NCBI GenBank assembly: GCA_035466655.1
Contig: DATIUS010000052.1
Span: forward strand, 1-60,440
Reading direction: 5' to 3'
Source: Candidatus Sulfomarinibacteraceae bacterium
Lineage (GTDB): Bacteria; Chloroflexota; Limnocylindria; Limnocylindrales; CSP1-4
DNA: 60,440 nucleotides
The stretch's first letter is position 1. Each line of letters begins with the position of its first letter. The translations under genes were made by a program, and so were the position numbers. Shown here piece after piece: positions 42,589 through 52,537 of this stretch. Below the pieces are notes generated by a model. That model did no database searches. It saw only the letters and a program-made list of their open reading frames with translations, and was not told the DNA's origin.

Positions 42589-44115
42589 GTGGCCAAGTTC
42601 ATCAGGCTTCTGGCGCTCATGTCCCTGATCGCAGGAACGCTGGCGTACACGCCGGTGGCTCTGGCAGGCAGCGAATCCTGCGACTCACGCACCACGGACA
42701 ACCTCAAGAAGCTCCTGGCCTGCGTGACGCTGGACGGCGCGCGCGAGCATCAGGCGGCGCTCCAGGCGATCGCCGACGCGAACGGTGGGATCCGGACGTC
42801 CGGCACCCCCGGCTATGACGCCTCGGCCACCTACGCCGCCGGGATCTTCGCGGCGGCCGGCTACAACGTGGCCGTCCAGAACTTCCAGTTCCAGACGTTC
42901 ATCTCGCTCAGCCCGCCCGTCCTCGAGCAGGTCGCGCCGCCACCCGCGGGGCCGGTGGCGAACAACATCATGGCCTACTCCGGGAGCGGCGACGTCACGG
43001 CCGCGGTCAGCACCGTGAGCGACTTCCGTGGCTGCAACGCCGCCGACTTCGCCGGCTTCCCGGCCGGGAACATCGCGCTGATCAGCCGCGGCGTCTGCAC
43101 GTTCGCGATCAAGGCGACCAACGCCTACAACGCCGGCGCCTCCGGCGTGATCATCTACAACAACGCCGCCGGCGTGCTCAACGGCACACTCGGCAGCACC
43201 TTCACGCTGAACATCGGCGTCACCTCGGTCACGCAGGCTGTCGGCCAGCAGCTCGCGGCCACGCCCGGGCTCGTGATGCGCCTCAGGACCGACACCTTCC
43301 GCGGCATCGCGACGACGTCCAACGTCTTCGCCGAGTCCGTGGGCGGCGACCCGAACAATGTCGTGATGGTCGGGGCGCACCTCGACTCGGTCAACGCCGG
43401 CCCAGGGATCCAGGACAACGGCTCCGGCTCGGCCGCGATCCTCGAGACCGCCGAGCAGATGCGCAAGGTCAACCCGCGGAACAAGGTCCGCTTCGCGCTC
43501 TGGGGCGCCGAGGAGTCCGGCCTCGTCGGGTCCAGGTACTACGTGGCCAACCTCCCGGCGGAGGAGCTGGCGAAGATCACCCTGTACCTCAACTTCGACA
43601 TGATCGGCTCGCCGAACCACGTCTTCTTCGTCTACGACGGTGACGACTCGGATGCGGTGGGCGCGGGACCCGGGCCCGCTGGGTCGGCCCAGATCGAGAA
43701 GACGTTCGAGGCCTTCTACACGGCGCGCGGCCTGCCGTTCAAGGGCACGGACTTCAGCGGGCGTTCTGACTACGGCCCGTTCATCGAGGCGGGCATCCCG
43801 TCCGGGGGCCTGTTCACGGGTGCCGAAGGGATCAAGACCGCGGCGGAAGCCGCGCTGTGGGGCGGCACGGCCGGCCAGCAGTACGACCCGTGCTACCACC
43901 TCGCCTGTGACACCTACGCGAACATCAACCTGTCGGCCTTCGACGTGAACATCGATGCCGTTGCGTTCGCCACCCTCCAGTACGCGATGAGCACCGCGGA
44001 CATCAACAACGCGAAGGGCAAGGGGAACTTCCCGCCCCCGAGCGGCGGCGACCCGATCGCGGGCTCATCGGCCGATAGTGGCCTCCACGATGACCATGAG
44101 CTGGTGACCGAGTAG
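42589..44115 (+). CDS. Secreted M28-family aminopeptidase with an inserted PA domain
   Basis: Signal LLALMSLIAGTLAYTPVALA. PA domain: NIALISRGVCTFAIKATNAYNAGASGVIIYNN. M28 Zn motifs: GAHLDS, DNGSGSAA, WGAEESGL, NFDMIGS. GTG at 42589 is preceded by GGGAGGAGGG. Confidence 0.88.
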   Translation: MAKFIRLLALMSLIAGTLAYTPVALAGSESCDSRTTDNLKKLLACVTLDGAREHQAALQAIADANGGIRTSGTPGYDASATYAAGIFAAAGYNVAVQNFQFQTFISLSPPVLEQVAPPPAGPVANNIMAYSGSGDVTAAVSTVSDFRGCNAADFAGFPAGNIALISRGVCTFAIKATNAYNAGASGVIIYNNAAGVLNGTLGSTFTLNIGVTSVTQAVGQQLAATPGLVMRLRTDTFRGIATTSNVFAESVGGDPNNVVMVGAHLDSVNAGPGIQDNGSGSAAILETAEQMRKVNPRNKVRFALWGAEESGLVGSRYYVANLPAEELAKITLYLNFDMIGSPNHVFFVYDGDDSDAVGAGPGPAGSAQIEKTFEAFYTARGLPFKGTDFSGRSDYGPFIEAGIPSGGLFTGAEGIKTAAEAALWGGTAGQQYDPCYHLACDTYANINLSAFDVNIDAVAFATLQYAMSTADINNAKGKGNFPPPSGGDPIAGSSADSGLHDDHELVTE

Positions 44116-44183
44116 CACCACGCTCTCCGGCGGCACGCGGCTGTCCGGGGGGCTTTCGGCCTCCCGCCTGATCACGCTTCTTC

Positions 44184-44218
44184 GATGACGCCCGGCTCGG
44201 ACCGAGCCGGGCGTCATC
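44184..44218. terminator. Perfect 17-bp inverted repeat (gatgacgcccggctcgg a ccgagccgggcgtcatc) in a convergent intergenic region; candidate bidirectional terminator
   Basis: It lies 69 nt after the M28 gene stop. The next gene converges from 44545. No U tract, so it would be an I-shaped terminator as is common in high-GC genomes. Confidence 0.5.
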
Positions 44219-44544
44219 GTGCCGCCCTCGTGCACCGTAACCCCTCACGCCTGGCGGGCACGCGCCAGGGCCCTGGTCAGCATGGTCGAGCTCCGGGACT
44301 ACCGGAACCCCGGCGCGGCCAGCCACAGCCCGCTGACGATCAGCGCCACGTGGATTCCGATCTGGGAGTCATCTCGCCCCGAGGCCGGCGGTCACCGCGG
44401 AGACGAAGATCCAGCCGGGTCCGGCCATTCCCAGCTCGCAGGCCCAGGCCAGTCTCGTTCGAGCGGCCGCCCGGCCGCGCCGCCAGAAGAAACCGTCCTG
44501 GGAGGAGGCAGCGCCGGTGCGCATGCCTCCCCCAGGGTTGTCGA

Positions 44545-44955
44545 TCAGCGCGGGGTCAGCCTGTAGTAGACGGTGAACCCGCCGCTCGGGGCCAACGCAG
44601 TCCACCCATTCGGCGCGGGGGCATCGGAAGCGTTGACCTGCAGATGGATGATGTAGGACTCGTTCTGGCAATGCCCCGCGGCCTGTTTCGCGCCGCCGTC
44701 ACCGCCGACGAGGCCCTTGTCCGTCGCATCGGTGCAGTAGGCCCACAGTGACGGGGTCGAGGCATAGCCCGAGCCGAAGATCTGCGGGAAGAACACCAGA
44801 CCGCGGTGGGTGAGGCCAGTCGCATCGACCGTCCCGGATCCTCCGTCATGCACGTGCCAGTTGTTCCACGAGCCGCGTTCGGCACTCACGGGAGCCGGAG
44901 CGGCAGCCAGGGCCACGAGCCCGACGAGGACCAGAACGAGACGCAGCTTTCTCAT
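44545..44955 (-). CDS. Small secreted hypothetical protein
   Basis: ATG at 44955 is preceded by AAGGAGGTAACGGAC. Signal peptide MRKLRLVLVLVGLVALAAAPAPVSA. Confidence 0.75.
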   Translation of the reverse strand: MRKLRLVLVLVGLVALAAAPAPVSAERGSWNNWHVHDGGSGTVDATGLTHRGLVFFPQIFGSGYASTPSLWAYCTDATDKGLVGGDGGAKQAAGHCQNESYIIHLQVNASDAPAPNGWTALAPSGGFTVYYRLTPR

Positions 44956-45311
44956 GTCCGTTACCTCCTTGCCGAGGCGCGGGAGACGGGGACGACCGCT
45001 CGGCGAGAGCCGGCCGACTTCGGCAAAGGTGCCATGGCACCCCTTTCTGGGCGCAGCAGCGCCCACGCGGAACGGCCGGTCTCGCCATTGGCACAGCGCG
45101 ACGGTCGTGGCGACCGTGGTTGGGACGCCGCGCTGGTGGAGCCCTCCCCCAGAAGGGGTCCGAGCCTCCTGTCCGAGTCGTGGAGCATGCCACTTCATGG
45201 ACGGAATGAGAAGTGGGTTATCTGGCAAGGTGTGCCCTCCGCGCAGGCCCTCCAGTCCCGGTCTCGGCGATTGGGACAACCGGGGTCGACGGCGGCCGCT
45301 ACGCTTCCGCC

Positions 45312-45923
45312 ATGACCCGTCGCGCCAATCCGTGGCCCCGCCCCGCGAAGGTCGCGTTCATCGGCTCGCACGGGATTCGCAAGACATCGGCGGCCCTCGC
45401 GTTCGCGGCCACGGTCCAGCAGGCCGGGCGGTCCGTCGAGCTTGGACGGGAGGTCGTGCGCGACAACCCGCTCGGCTTCAACGAGCGGGCGACCGGCGAG
45501 GCCCAGCTATGGGTCCTCGTCTCGCAGATCCGCCAGGAGCTCGAGCTGGCCCACAAGGCGGACGTCCTCATCCTCGATCGCGGGGTCATGGACAACTTCG
45601 CCTACTACCTGCGCGCCTGCGGCGGGACGGACCGGTTCAGCGTGGAGCCCCTCGTCCGATCGTGGTCGGACACGTATGACCTCGTGGTCCGGCTCCTCCC
45701 GGACGTCGAGCTCCAGGCCGACGGCGTCCGCAGCACGAACGACGCCTTCCGGAACGAGATCGAGGCCATCCTGGACCGGACCCTTCCGGACTTCGATCTC
45801 GCGGACCGCATGCTCACGATGAATGCTTCGCAGGTCACGAGCCGGACCGACTGGTTCGAGGTCCTCGAGCGGCTCGCCATGCGCATCGGCGGCGCAGTGA
45901 CCGCCCCGACCATCTGGACCTGA
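45312..45923 (+). CDS. P-loop NTPase-like protein (AAA_28/NadR-kinase-like) with a deviant Walker A
   Basis: KVAFIGSHGIRKTS (GxxGxRKT instead of GxxGxGKT) and a Walker B-like VLILDRG. ATG at 45312. Confidence 0.65.
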   Translation: MTRRANPWPRPAKVAFIGSHGIRKTSAALAFAATVQQAGRSVELGREVVRDNPLGFNERATGEAQLWVLVSQIRQELELAHKADVLILDRGVMDNFAYYLRACGGTDRFSVEPLVRSWSDTYDLVVRLLPDVELQADGVRSTNDAFRNEIEAILDRTLPDFDLADRMLTMNASQVTSRTDWFEVLERLAMRIGGAVTAPTIWT

Positions 45924-46039
45924 GGCGGCTGATTCGGCGCCGGTGCCGGCGGGCGCGGATCCCTCCGCCACGGTCGCTAGGATGGGGCGGTCCGAGCTGA
46001 AGGGACGAGGTGTCGGCTCGGCAAAGGGAGGGTCGCGAT

Positions 46040-46594
46040 ATGGGTTGGATGGCCGGGGCGGCCGGGTTGGCCTTCGGGGCGGCGCTGGTCCTGCTGGCCT
46101 CGTTCTTCGCCACGAAGAACGAGCGCTTCGACCGCGCTGCGGAGTGGCTGTTCGTCGCCTTCGCGGTGCTCGCGATTCCGATCATGGTGACGACGGCCGG
46201 ACGCCTGTCGAGCGAGGGCCTCACGGTCGGCGTCATCACCGTTGTCGGGATCGTCGGCGTGGCGGTGCTCGGGCTCGGCGAGCTCGGCACCACCCTGAAG
46301 CTCCTTGACTTTCGGCGAATTGCCCCGGCGATGACGATCGGGTTTTTGGCGTTCCTGGCCTGGATCGGCGCCGTTTCGATCCTGACGATCACCGGCGGCG
46401 GACTGCCGGCGGAGCTCGGCTGGTTCGGGCTCGGCACCATCGCCGTCGGGATCGCGATCGTCCTATGGATCATCCGGGTGCCCGGGGTCATGACCGGCGC
46501 CCGGGAGCCGGACGCGAGGCAGATGACCGTCTTCTTCGTGCCGATGGCCGGGATCGTCGCCTGGATGGTCTGGCTGGGCGTGAACCTCGGGTAG
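46040..46594 (+). CDS. Integral membrane protein, hypothetical
   Basis: ATG at 46040 is preceded by AAGGGAGGG. About 6 TM helices. Confidence 0.7.
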   Translation: MGWMAGAAGLAFGAALVLLASFFATKNERFDRAAEWLFVAFAVLAIPIMVTTAGRLSSEGLTVGVITVVGIVGVAVLGLGELGTTLKLLDFRRIAPAMTIGFLAFLAWIGAVSILTITGGGLPAELGWFGLGTIAVGIAIVLWIIRVPGVMTGAREPDARQMTVFFVPMAGIVAWMVWLGVNLG

Positions 46595-46606
46595 GGGGCT
46601 GCCGGC

Positions 46607-48046
46607 ATGTCGAGCCCCGGGGGGACGAATCGGCCGAGGCCGGGGCCGCCGATCGACCCCGCGACGATCCCCTCACCGCCGGTCGGCAGCCGCCTCCTCG
46701 GCCATCAGCCTGCCTACGCGGCCGATCCGCTCGGGACCTTCAGCTCGTGGACCTTGGCCCATGGCGAGGCTGTTCGCCTCCGGTTTGGCCCGATCCGGGT
46801 CCTCCTGCTCACGGGCCCGCAGGCGGCCGAGGACGTGCTCCTTCATGAAGCCGCGGCGTTCCACAAGGCGCCCGTCATCCGGCGTGCGTCGCGGGCGGTG
46901 ATCGGCCATTCGGTCTTCGCCGCGGAGGACGATGATTGGTCGCGCCAGCGGACGGTCCTCGATGGGTTCTTCAGCCCGGACCGAATGGCGGTGCACGTCC
47001 CGGTCATCGCCGACGAGGTCGCAGCGGCGGCGCGTGGATGGTCGGCCCGGGTCACGATCGAGACGCTCCGCGAGACGATGGCGCTCTCGCAGCGGATCGG
47101 CGCGAAGGTACTCTTCGGCGCCGCGGCCACCGACGCCGACGTGACGCGGGTCGAGGCGGCGCTCGCGGTGACAGCGGCCGACTTCCAGGCCCGGGTCAAC
47201 TCGGTCGCCCACCTGCTTCTGCCCGACTGGGTGCCGACGCCAGGAGCCATCCGGCGGCGGCGGGCGGTCTCGATCCTCGACGACATCACCTACCGGCTGA
47301 TTGCCGAGCGCCGGCGGCGGCCATCCGGTGGTCCAGATCTGCTTGGCGAGCTGCTCAGCGAGCAGCGGGAGCTCCCGTGGCTCGACGATCGGCTTCTTCG
47401 CGACAACATCGTCACGCTGCTGGTGGACAGCCGTGAGAACCCCGCGCTCCTGCTCACGTGGGCGCTGTACCTGCTGGCCCGCCACCCCGATGTCGCCGAT
47501 CGGCTGGCGGCCGAGGTCGACGACTCGCTCGGTGGGCGCCCGCCGGAGGCGGCGGACCTGCCGCGGCTGCGGCTCGTCGCGGGCGTCCTTCGCGAGACGC
47601 TCCGCCTCTACCCGCCCGTCTACGCCACGGGCCGGCAGGCGATCCGCGACTGCACGGTGGCCGGGATCTCCGTCCGGCGGGGCACGGTCGTCCTGGTCAG
47701 TCCGGCCGTCACGCATCGAGACCCCCGCTGGTTCCCAGATCCCGACGCCTTCCGCCCGGATCGCTGGCTGGACTCCGCGATCGCGGGCCGCCCATCTGGC
47801 GGGTACCTGCCGTTTGGAATCGGCCCGCGGCGCTGTCTTGGCGAACACCTCGCCTGGACGATCGGGCTGGTCGGGCTGGCGATGCTCGTGCGCGATCATC
47901 GGCTCGAAGCGGTGGACCCGACCCCCGTGGAGCCCCGGGTCCTGCTGAGCCTCCAGCCAGCACGCGAGGTCATGCTCCGGGTCAAGCCGCGCCCTTCCCG
48001 GGCACGTGGCGGAACTCCCGCTGAGACCCACCGGCTCGACGGCTAG
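46607..48046 (+). CDS. Cytochrome P450
   Basis: Haem-binding loop FGIGPRRCLGEHLA, ExxR (ETLR) and a PERF-like FRPDRW. Confidence 0.92.
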   Translation: MSSPGGTNRPRPGPPIDPATIPSPPVGSRLLGHQPAYAADPLGTFSSWTLAHGEAVRLRFGPIRVLLLTGPQAAEDVLLHEAAAFHKAPVIRRASRAVIGHSVFAAEDDDWSRQRTVLDGFFSPDRMAVHVPVIADEVAAAARGWSARVTIETLRETMALSQRIGAKVLFGAAATDADVTRVEAALAVTAADFQARVNSVAHLLLPDWVPTPGAIRRRRAVSILDDITYRLIAERRRRPSGGPDLLGELLSEQRELPWLDDRLLRDNIVTLLVDSRENPALLLTWALYLLARHPDVADRLAAEVDDSLGGRPPEAADLPRLRLVAGVLRETLRLYPPVYATGRQAIRDCTVAGISVRRGTVVLVSPAVTHRDPRWFPDPDAFRPDRWLDSAIAGRPSGGYLPFGIGPRRCLGEHLAWTIGLVGLAMLVRDHRLEAVDPTPVEPRVLLSLQPAREVMLRVKPRPSRARGGTPAETHRLDG

Positions 48047-48102
48047 TATCGAGACTGGCTGCTCGATCGCGCGGTGGCCCAATCAGCGGGGAGGTGCACG
48101 CC

Positions 48103-50628
48103 GTGACGACAGCGATGAGCTCGGCGGTGGAAAGCGCGCCGGCCCGGGAGCCCGAGGCGTTTGCCAGCGGCCCGGAGCTGCTGCCCGAACGCGCTCGGGT
48201 CGTGATCGTGGGCGGCGGCGTCATCGGCGCCAGCATCGCCTACCACCTCACCAAGCTGGGCTGGCGCGATGTCGTGGTGCTGGAACGCAGGCAGCTGACC
48301 GCCGGGACCACCTGGCATGCGGCGGGGCTGATCACGTCCGCGGGCTGCGCCACCGAGAGCCTGCTCTGGATGTCCCGCTACACCCGCGACCTGTGCACCT
48401 CGCTCGAGGCCGAGACCGGCCAGGCCACCGGCTTCCGTCCGATCGGCCACCTTCACCTGGCGACCACGCCCGGACGCCTGGAGGCACTCCGTCGCGAAGC
48501 GGCGTTCGTTCGTGGGTTCGGCGTGGACAACCAGGAGCTCTCGGCTCGCGAGTTCGGCCGGCTGTGGCCGGAGGCCAGGACGGACGACGTCCTCGGTGCC
48601 TTCTACGTCGCCGACGAGGGCCGGGTCAATCCCGCCGACCTCACCATGGCCTACGCGAAGGGCGCGAGGATGCGCGGCGCGCGGATCATGGAGGGCGTCG
48701 CCGCAACCGGCTTCACCCGGGCGCGGGGCCGCGTCACCGGCGTGATCACCGACCGCGGCACGATCGGCGCGGAGTACGTGGTCAACGCCGCCGGCATGTG
48801 GGCGCGAGAGGTCGGCGCGTTGGCCGGCGTGTCCGTCCCCCTCCAGGCGGCCGAGCATTACTACCTGATCACCGACACCGTTGATTGGGCGCATCCCGAC
48901 CTCCCGGTCATCGAGGAACCGGACCGCCACGGCTACTACCGGGAGGAGGGCGGCGGGATCCTCGTCGGGCTGTTCGAGCCCGTGGCCGGACCGTGGTCGC
49001 TCGATGGCATCTCGGGCGAAGTGGCATTCGCAAGCCTGCCGCCCGACTGGGAGCGCGTCGGTCCCTACCTGGTCCGCGCCATGGACCGCATCCCCCCGCT
49101 CCACGAGGCCGGCGTCCGGACCATGTTCTGCGGACCGGAGAGCTTCACCTCCGACATCGGCCCGCTGCTCGGCGAGGCCCCCGAGCTCGGGGGCTTCTTC
49201 GTCGCGGCCGGGATGAACTCGCTCGGCATCCTCCTGAGCGGCGGCGTGGGGAGCATCATCGCCGACTGGATCGTGAACGGCGTCGCACCGGTCGACATGA
49301 CCGGCATGGGGATCGACCGGACGCAGCCGTTCGAGACGAGCCGCCGTTTCCGTGCGGACCGGACCGTCGAGCAGCTCGGGGTGCTGTTCGCCGACGCGGC
49401 CTGGCCGAACTGGCACCCGAGGACGGCTCGCAACGTCCGCCGCTCGGCGATCCACGACCGGCTGGCCGCGGCGGGCGCCCACTTCGCCGTCTCGTCGGGC
49501 TGGGAGTACCCGGAGTGGTTCGCGCCCGACGGCGCGCCGATGGAGGACGAGCTCGGCTGGGGACGCACCGGTTCGTTCCCGCTCCAGGCGGCCGAGCACC
49601 TCGCCGTGCGCGAAGCCGTGGGCATGATCGACATGTCGCTGATGGCGAAGATCCTCGTCCAGGGGCGCGACGCGGAGGCCGTCCTGAACCGGATCTCCGC
49701 GAACGACGTGGCGGTGCCGGTCGGCCGCGTCGTCTATACCCAATGGCTCAACGAGCGGGGCGGCATCGAGGCGGACCTTACGGTCACCCGCCTCGGCGAG
49801 GAGCGGTTCCTCGTCGTCGTGACGGACTTCATCGGTCGCCGGATCGGGCCCTGGATCGAGCGGCACACGCCGGACGGCGCCCACGTGACGGTCACCGACG
49901 TGACCTCCGGGACGACACTCATGACCGTCCAGGGCCCGCGGTCCCGCGACCTGCTCGGGCGGCTGACGAGCGCCGATCTGTCGAACGACGCGTTCCCCTA
50001 CCTCACCGCCGCGGAGATCGACCTGCACTACGCCCGGGTGCTTGCGATGCGGGTCACCTATGTCGGGGAGCTGGGCTGGGAGCTCCACGTCCCGGCCGAG
50101 TTCTCGCTCACCGTATACGACGCACTGACGGGGGCCGGAACCGACCTCGGGTACCGAGACGTCGGCCTCGGCGCGATGAACAGCCTCCGGCTCGAGAAGG
50201 CGTACCGAGACTACGGCCTGGACATCGACAACACCGACACGCCGCTCGACGTGGGCCTCGGCTTCGTCGTCGCCTGGGACAAGCCCGGCGGGTTCCTCGG
50301 GCGCGAGGCCCTCCTGGCGGCACGCGCGAGGCCCGGGCCGCCGACGCGGCGCCTCGTCCCGGTCCTGGTGGAGGACCCCGAACCACTCCTCCACGGTGGC
50401 GAGCCGGTGCTCCGCGACGGCCGCCGGCTCGGGCACGTGCGCGCGGGGGCGTACGGGCACACGCTCGGCGGCGCGGTGGGGCTGGCGATGATCGAGGACG
50501 CGGCCGGGCTGCCGGCCGAGGCGATTGACGGAACCGCGTTCGAGGTCGACATCGCCGGCGTCCGCTACCCGGCCCGGGCCTCCGTCCGGCCGATGTATGA
50601 CCCGGACCGGCGACGCATCAGGGCCTGA
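48103..50628 (+). CDS. Dimethylglycine/sarcosine dehydrogenase-like enzyme: FAD-dependent oxidoreductase fused to a GcvT-type folate-binding aminomethyltransferase domain
   Basis: FAD motif VVIVGGGVIGASIAYHL. C-terminal GcvT-like blocks: DMSLMAKILVQG, YTQWLNERGGIEADLTV, GELGWELHV, RLEKAYRDYG. Start is GTG 48103 (7 nt after GGAGG) or 48094. Confidence 0.9.
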   Translation: MTTAMSSAVESAPAREPEAFASGPELLPERARVVIVGGGVIGASIAYHLTKLGWRDVVVLERRQLTAGTTWHAAGLITSAGCATESLLWMSRYTRDLCTSLEAETGQATGFRPIGHLHLATTPGRLEALRREAAFVRGFGVDNQELSAREFGRLWPEARTDDVLGAFYVADEGRVNPADLTMAYAKGARMRGARIMEGVAATGFTRARGRVTGVITDRGTIGAEYVVNAAGMWAREVGALAGVSVPLQAAEHYYLITDTVDWAHPDLPVIEEPDRHGYYREEGGGILVGLFEPVAGPWSLDGISGEVAFASLPPDWERVGPYLVRAMDRIPPLHEAGVRTMFCGPESFTSDIGPLLGEAPELGGFFVAAGMNSLGILLSGGVGSIIADWIVNGVAPVDMTGMGIDRTQPFETSRRFRADRTVEQLGVLFADAAWPNWHPRTARNVRRSAIHDRLAAAGAHFAVSSGWEYPEWFAPDGAPMEDELGWGRTGSFPLQAAEHLAVREAVGMIDMSLMAKILVQGRDAEAVLNRISANDVAVPVGRVVYTQWLNERGGIEADLTVTRLGEERFLVVVTDFIGRRIGPWIERHTPDGAHVTVTDVTSGTTLMTVQGPRSRDLLGRLTSADLSNDAFPYLTAAEIDLHYARVLAMRVTYVGELGWELHVPAEFSLTVYDALTGAGTDLGYRDVGLGAMNSLRLEKAYRDYGLDIDNTDTPLDVGLGFVVAWDKPGGFLGREALLAARARPGPPTRRLVPVLVEDPEPLLHGGEPVLRDGRRLGHVRAGAYGHTLGGAVGLAMIEDAAGLPAEAIDGTAFEVDIAGVRYPARASVRPMYDPDRRRIRA

Positions 50629-50655
50629 TTCTGGCCTCCACCGGGCGGCGGTCGA

Positions 50656-51573
50656 TCAGGATCGGTCGGCGTGGAGGAGCTCGAGGACCGGGGCCATCGC
50701 GTCGAGCGCGGCGGCCGTCGGCGGCCAGAGGACGACCTCGAGCTGCGTGAAGCCGGCGTCGCGAAAGACGCGGAAGCCGTCGGCGATCTCCCCGGCGGAG
50801 CCGCGCACCGGCGTCCCGATGACCCCTGCCGAGCCCGTGAACGCGGTCGGCTCCACGACGATGCCGGCCGACCGGCCGATCGTCGCGGGATCGCGGCCGA
50901 CCTCGAGGCAGGCATCCTCGAGCGCCGCGAGCCGCGGCCCGAACTCCCCGATGTCGCTCCGCTCCTCGACGTACCAGCTCCAGATGTCTGCATGGAGGGC
51001 GGCCAGGCGGAGCATTCGCGGGCCCTTGGCGCCGATCATGATCGGGATCCGCCCGGGACGCGGCCCGACGGGCCGGTGCTCGAGGTCACGGGCGGCGTGG
51101 AACGCGCCGTCGAAGTCGGCTCGGCCCTGCCGCAGGAGCGGGACGATGATCTGGACCGCTTCCTCGAAGCGGCCGACGACGTGGTCCTCGGGCAACCCGA
51201 AGGCGTGGGCCTGGCGACCGGCGTGCCCGGAGCCGAGGCCGAGCACGAAGCGTCCGGCGCTGATCTCATCGAGCGTCTCGACGGCCTTGGCGGTGATCCC
51301 GGGGTTCCGGTGGAGCGCGGACAGGACCCATGTGCCGACCTTCACTCGCGTGGTCGCGGCGGCGACCGCGCCGGTCATGGCGACACACTCCCACCACCCG
51401 TTCACCGGACCGTCGGGCTGACGCCACAGCAGTTCGTCCGCCACCCAGACCGTGTCGAACCCGGTCTCCTCCGCCCGGATCGCGAGGTCGCGGATCTCGG
51501 TCCATCGGACGGTCGCACCGTCGACGAACGACTCCCCCATCGGGAGCACGAGACCGATCTCGAGCGTTGGCAC
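50656..51573 (-). CDS. Luciferase-like monooxygenase (LLM) class flavin/F420-dependent oxidoreductase
   Basis: FDTVWVADEL, RFVLGLGSGH, and TIM-barrel LLM pattern throughout. GTG start. Confidence 0.85.
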   Translation of the reverse strand: MPTLEIGLVLPMGESFVDGATVRWTEIRDLAIRAEETGFDTVWVADELLWRQPDGPVNGWWECVAMTGAVAAATTRVKVGTWVLSALHRNPGITAKAVETLDEISAGRFVLGLGSGHAGRQAHAFGLPEDHVVGRFEEAVQIIVPLLRQGRADFDGAFHAARDLEHRPVGPRPGRIPIMIGAKGPRMLRLAALHADIWSWYVEERSDIGEFGPRLAALEDACLEVGRDPATIGRSAGIVVEPTAFTGSAGVIGTPVRGSAGEIADGFRVFRDAGFTQLEVVLWPPTAAALDAMAPVLELLHADRS

Positions 51574-51575
51574 GG

Positions 51576-51600
51576 GGGCCTCCGAGGGTGACGGAGGCCC
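51576..51600 (-). promoter_or_regulatory. Hairpin (9-bp stem) whose 3-prime arm contains the Shine-Dalgarno GGAGG of the LLM gene
   Basis: Minus-strand RNA: GGGCCUCCG-UCACCCU-CGGAGGCCC-CC-GUG. It may also terminate the upstream S1 protease transcript. Confidence 0.4.
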
Positions 51601-51641
51601 AGTCTACGGAATCGAGGCGTCGATCGAACCGCGGGCGGCGA

Positions 51642-52391
51642 TCAGGGCAACGTCACGAACCCCGAAAGGAATGCTCGGGCGGAAGCCGAGTCCGTGCGGT
51701 AGGTCACGTTCGTCGAGCGGCAGATCGCGTCGCCCGTGATCGTCGTGGCCGCAACGATGTCCGTGGCACCGAGGAAGTTCGGCCCGCCGGAGTCGCCATA
51801 GCAGGTGCCACCGTTCCCGAGCGACGGGTTCATCGAGATCCGCAGCCAGGCCTTGTTCGTGCTGTTGAGGGTCCCGGTCGCGACCATCCGGACGTCGTTG
51901 TACAGGTACTGGTGGCCGCCCGGCTCGTTCGTGACCTCGTAGGCGCCGTACCCGACCGACGTGAACAGCTGGTTGGACGGCAGGCGTGACAGTGAGCTCG
52001 CCGCGGGAAGGCGCGCCGGGGTGATCCCGTTGACGTACCGATCGAGGACGACGACCGCGATGTCATGCGGGTCGCTTTCGGGTCCGGGGTAGGCCGGGTC
52101 CGCGTGGAACGTTCCCGAATACGTCCGGTCGCCCGCGACGTACGCGGTGTCGAACGTGACAACCACGGACTCGCCGTCCTCGCCGCAGTGGGCAGCCGTC
52201 AGGAAGACGTCGCGAGCGATGAGCGTCCCGGAGCAGTAGAGCCAGGTCCCGTCTGAGTACTGCTTCGGCGAGACGAGTCCCCCGACGTTCGGGTGCGCGG
52301 TCCCGTCCGCGACGCCGAAGGTGATGGCACCGACGGGCGCGGCCGAGGCGAAGACCGTGAGCAGGGTGAGCGCGATGACGGCGCGTCGCAT
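51642..52391 (-). CDS. Secreted trypsin-like serine protease (S1 family)
   Basis: Signal peptide ALTLLTVFASAAPVGA. Catalytic motifs LTAAHC, DIAVV and GDSGGP. Confidence 0.9.
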   Translation of the reverse strand: MRRAVIALTLLTVFASAAPVGAITFGVADGTAHPNVGGLVSPKQYSDGTWLYCSGTLIARDVFLTAAHCGEDGESVVVTFDTAYVAGDRTYSGTFHADPAYPGPESDPHDIAVVVLDRYVNGITPARLPAASSLSRLPSNQLFTSVGYGAYEVTNEPGGHQYLYNDVRMVATGTLNSTNKAWLRISMNPSLGNGGTCYGDSGGPNFLGATDIVAATTITGDAICRSTNVTYRTDSASARAFLSGFVTLP

Positions 52392-52537
52392 GATCGATCT
52401 CCAGCAGGATGGCGAAGGAGGACGATCGTACGCCCCCCGGAAGTCCCGTCTCTACGGCTCGAGGGCGGCGGCGCACCACCAACCGGGGCATCCCGCGGCC
52501 ATGCATGCGGGATTCCGGTGCACGAACGCACCATTCG

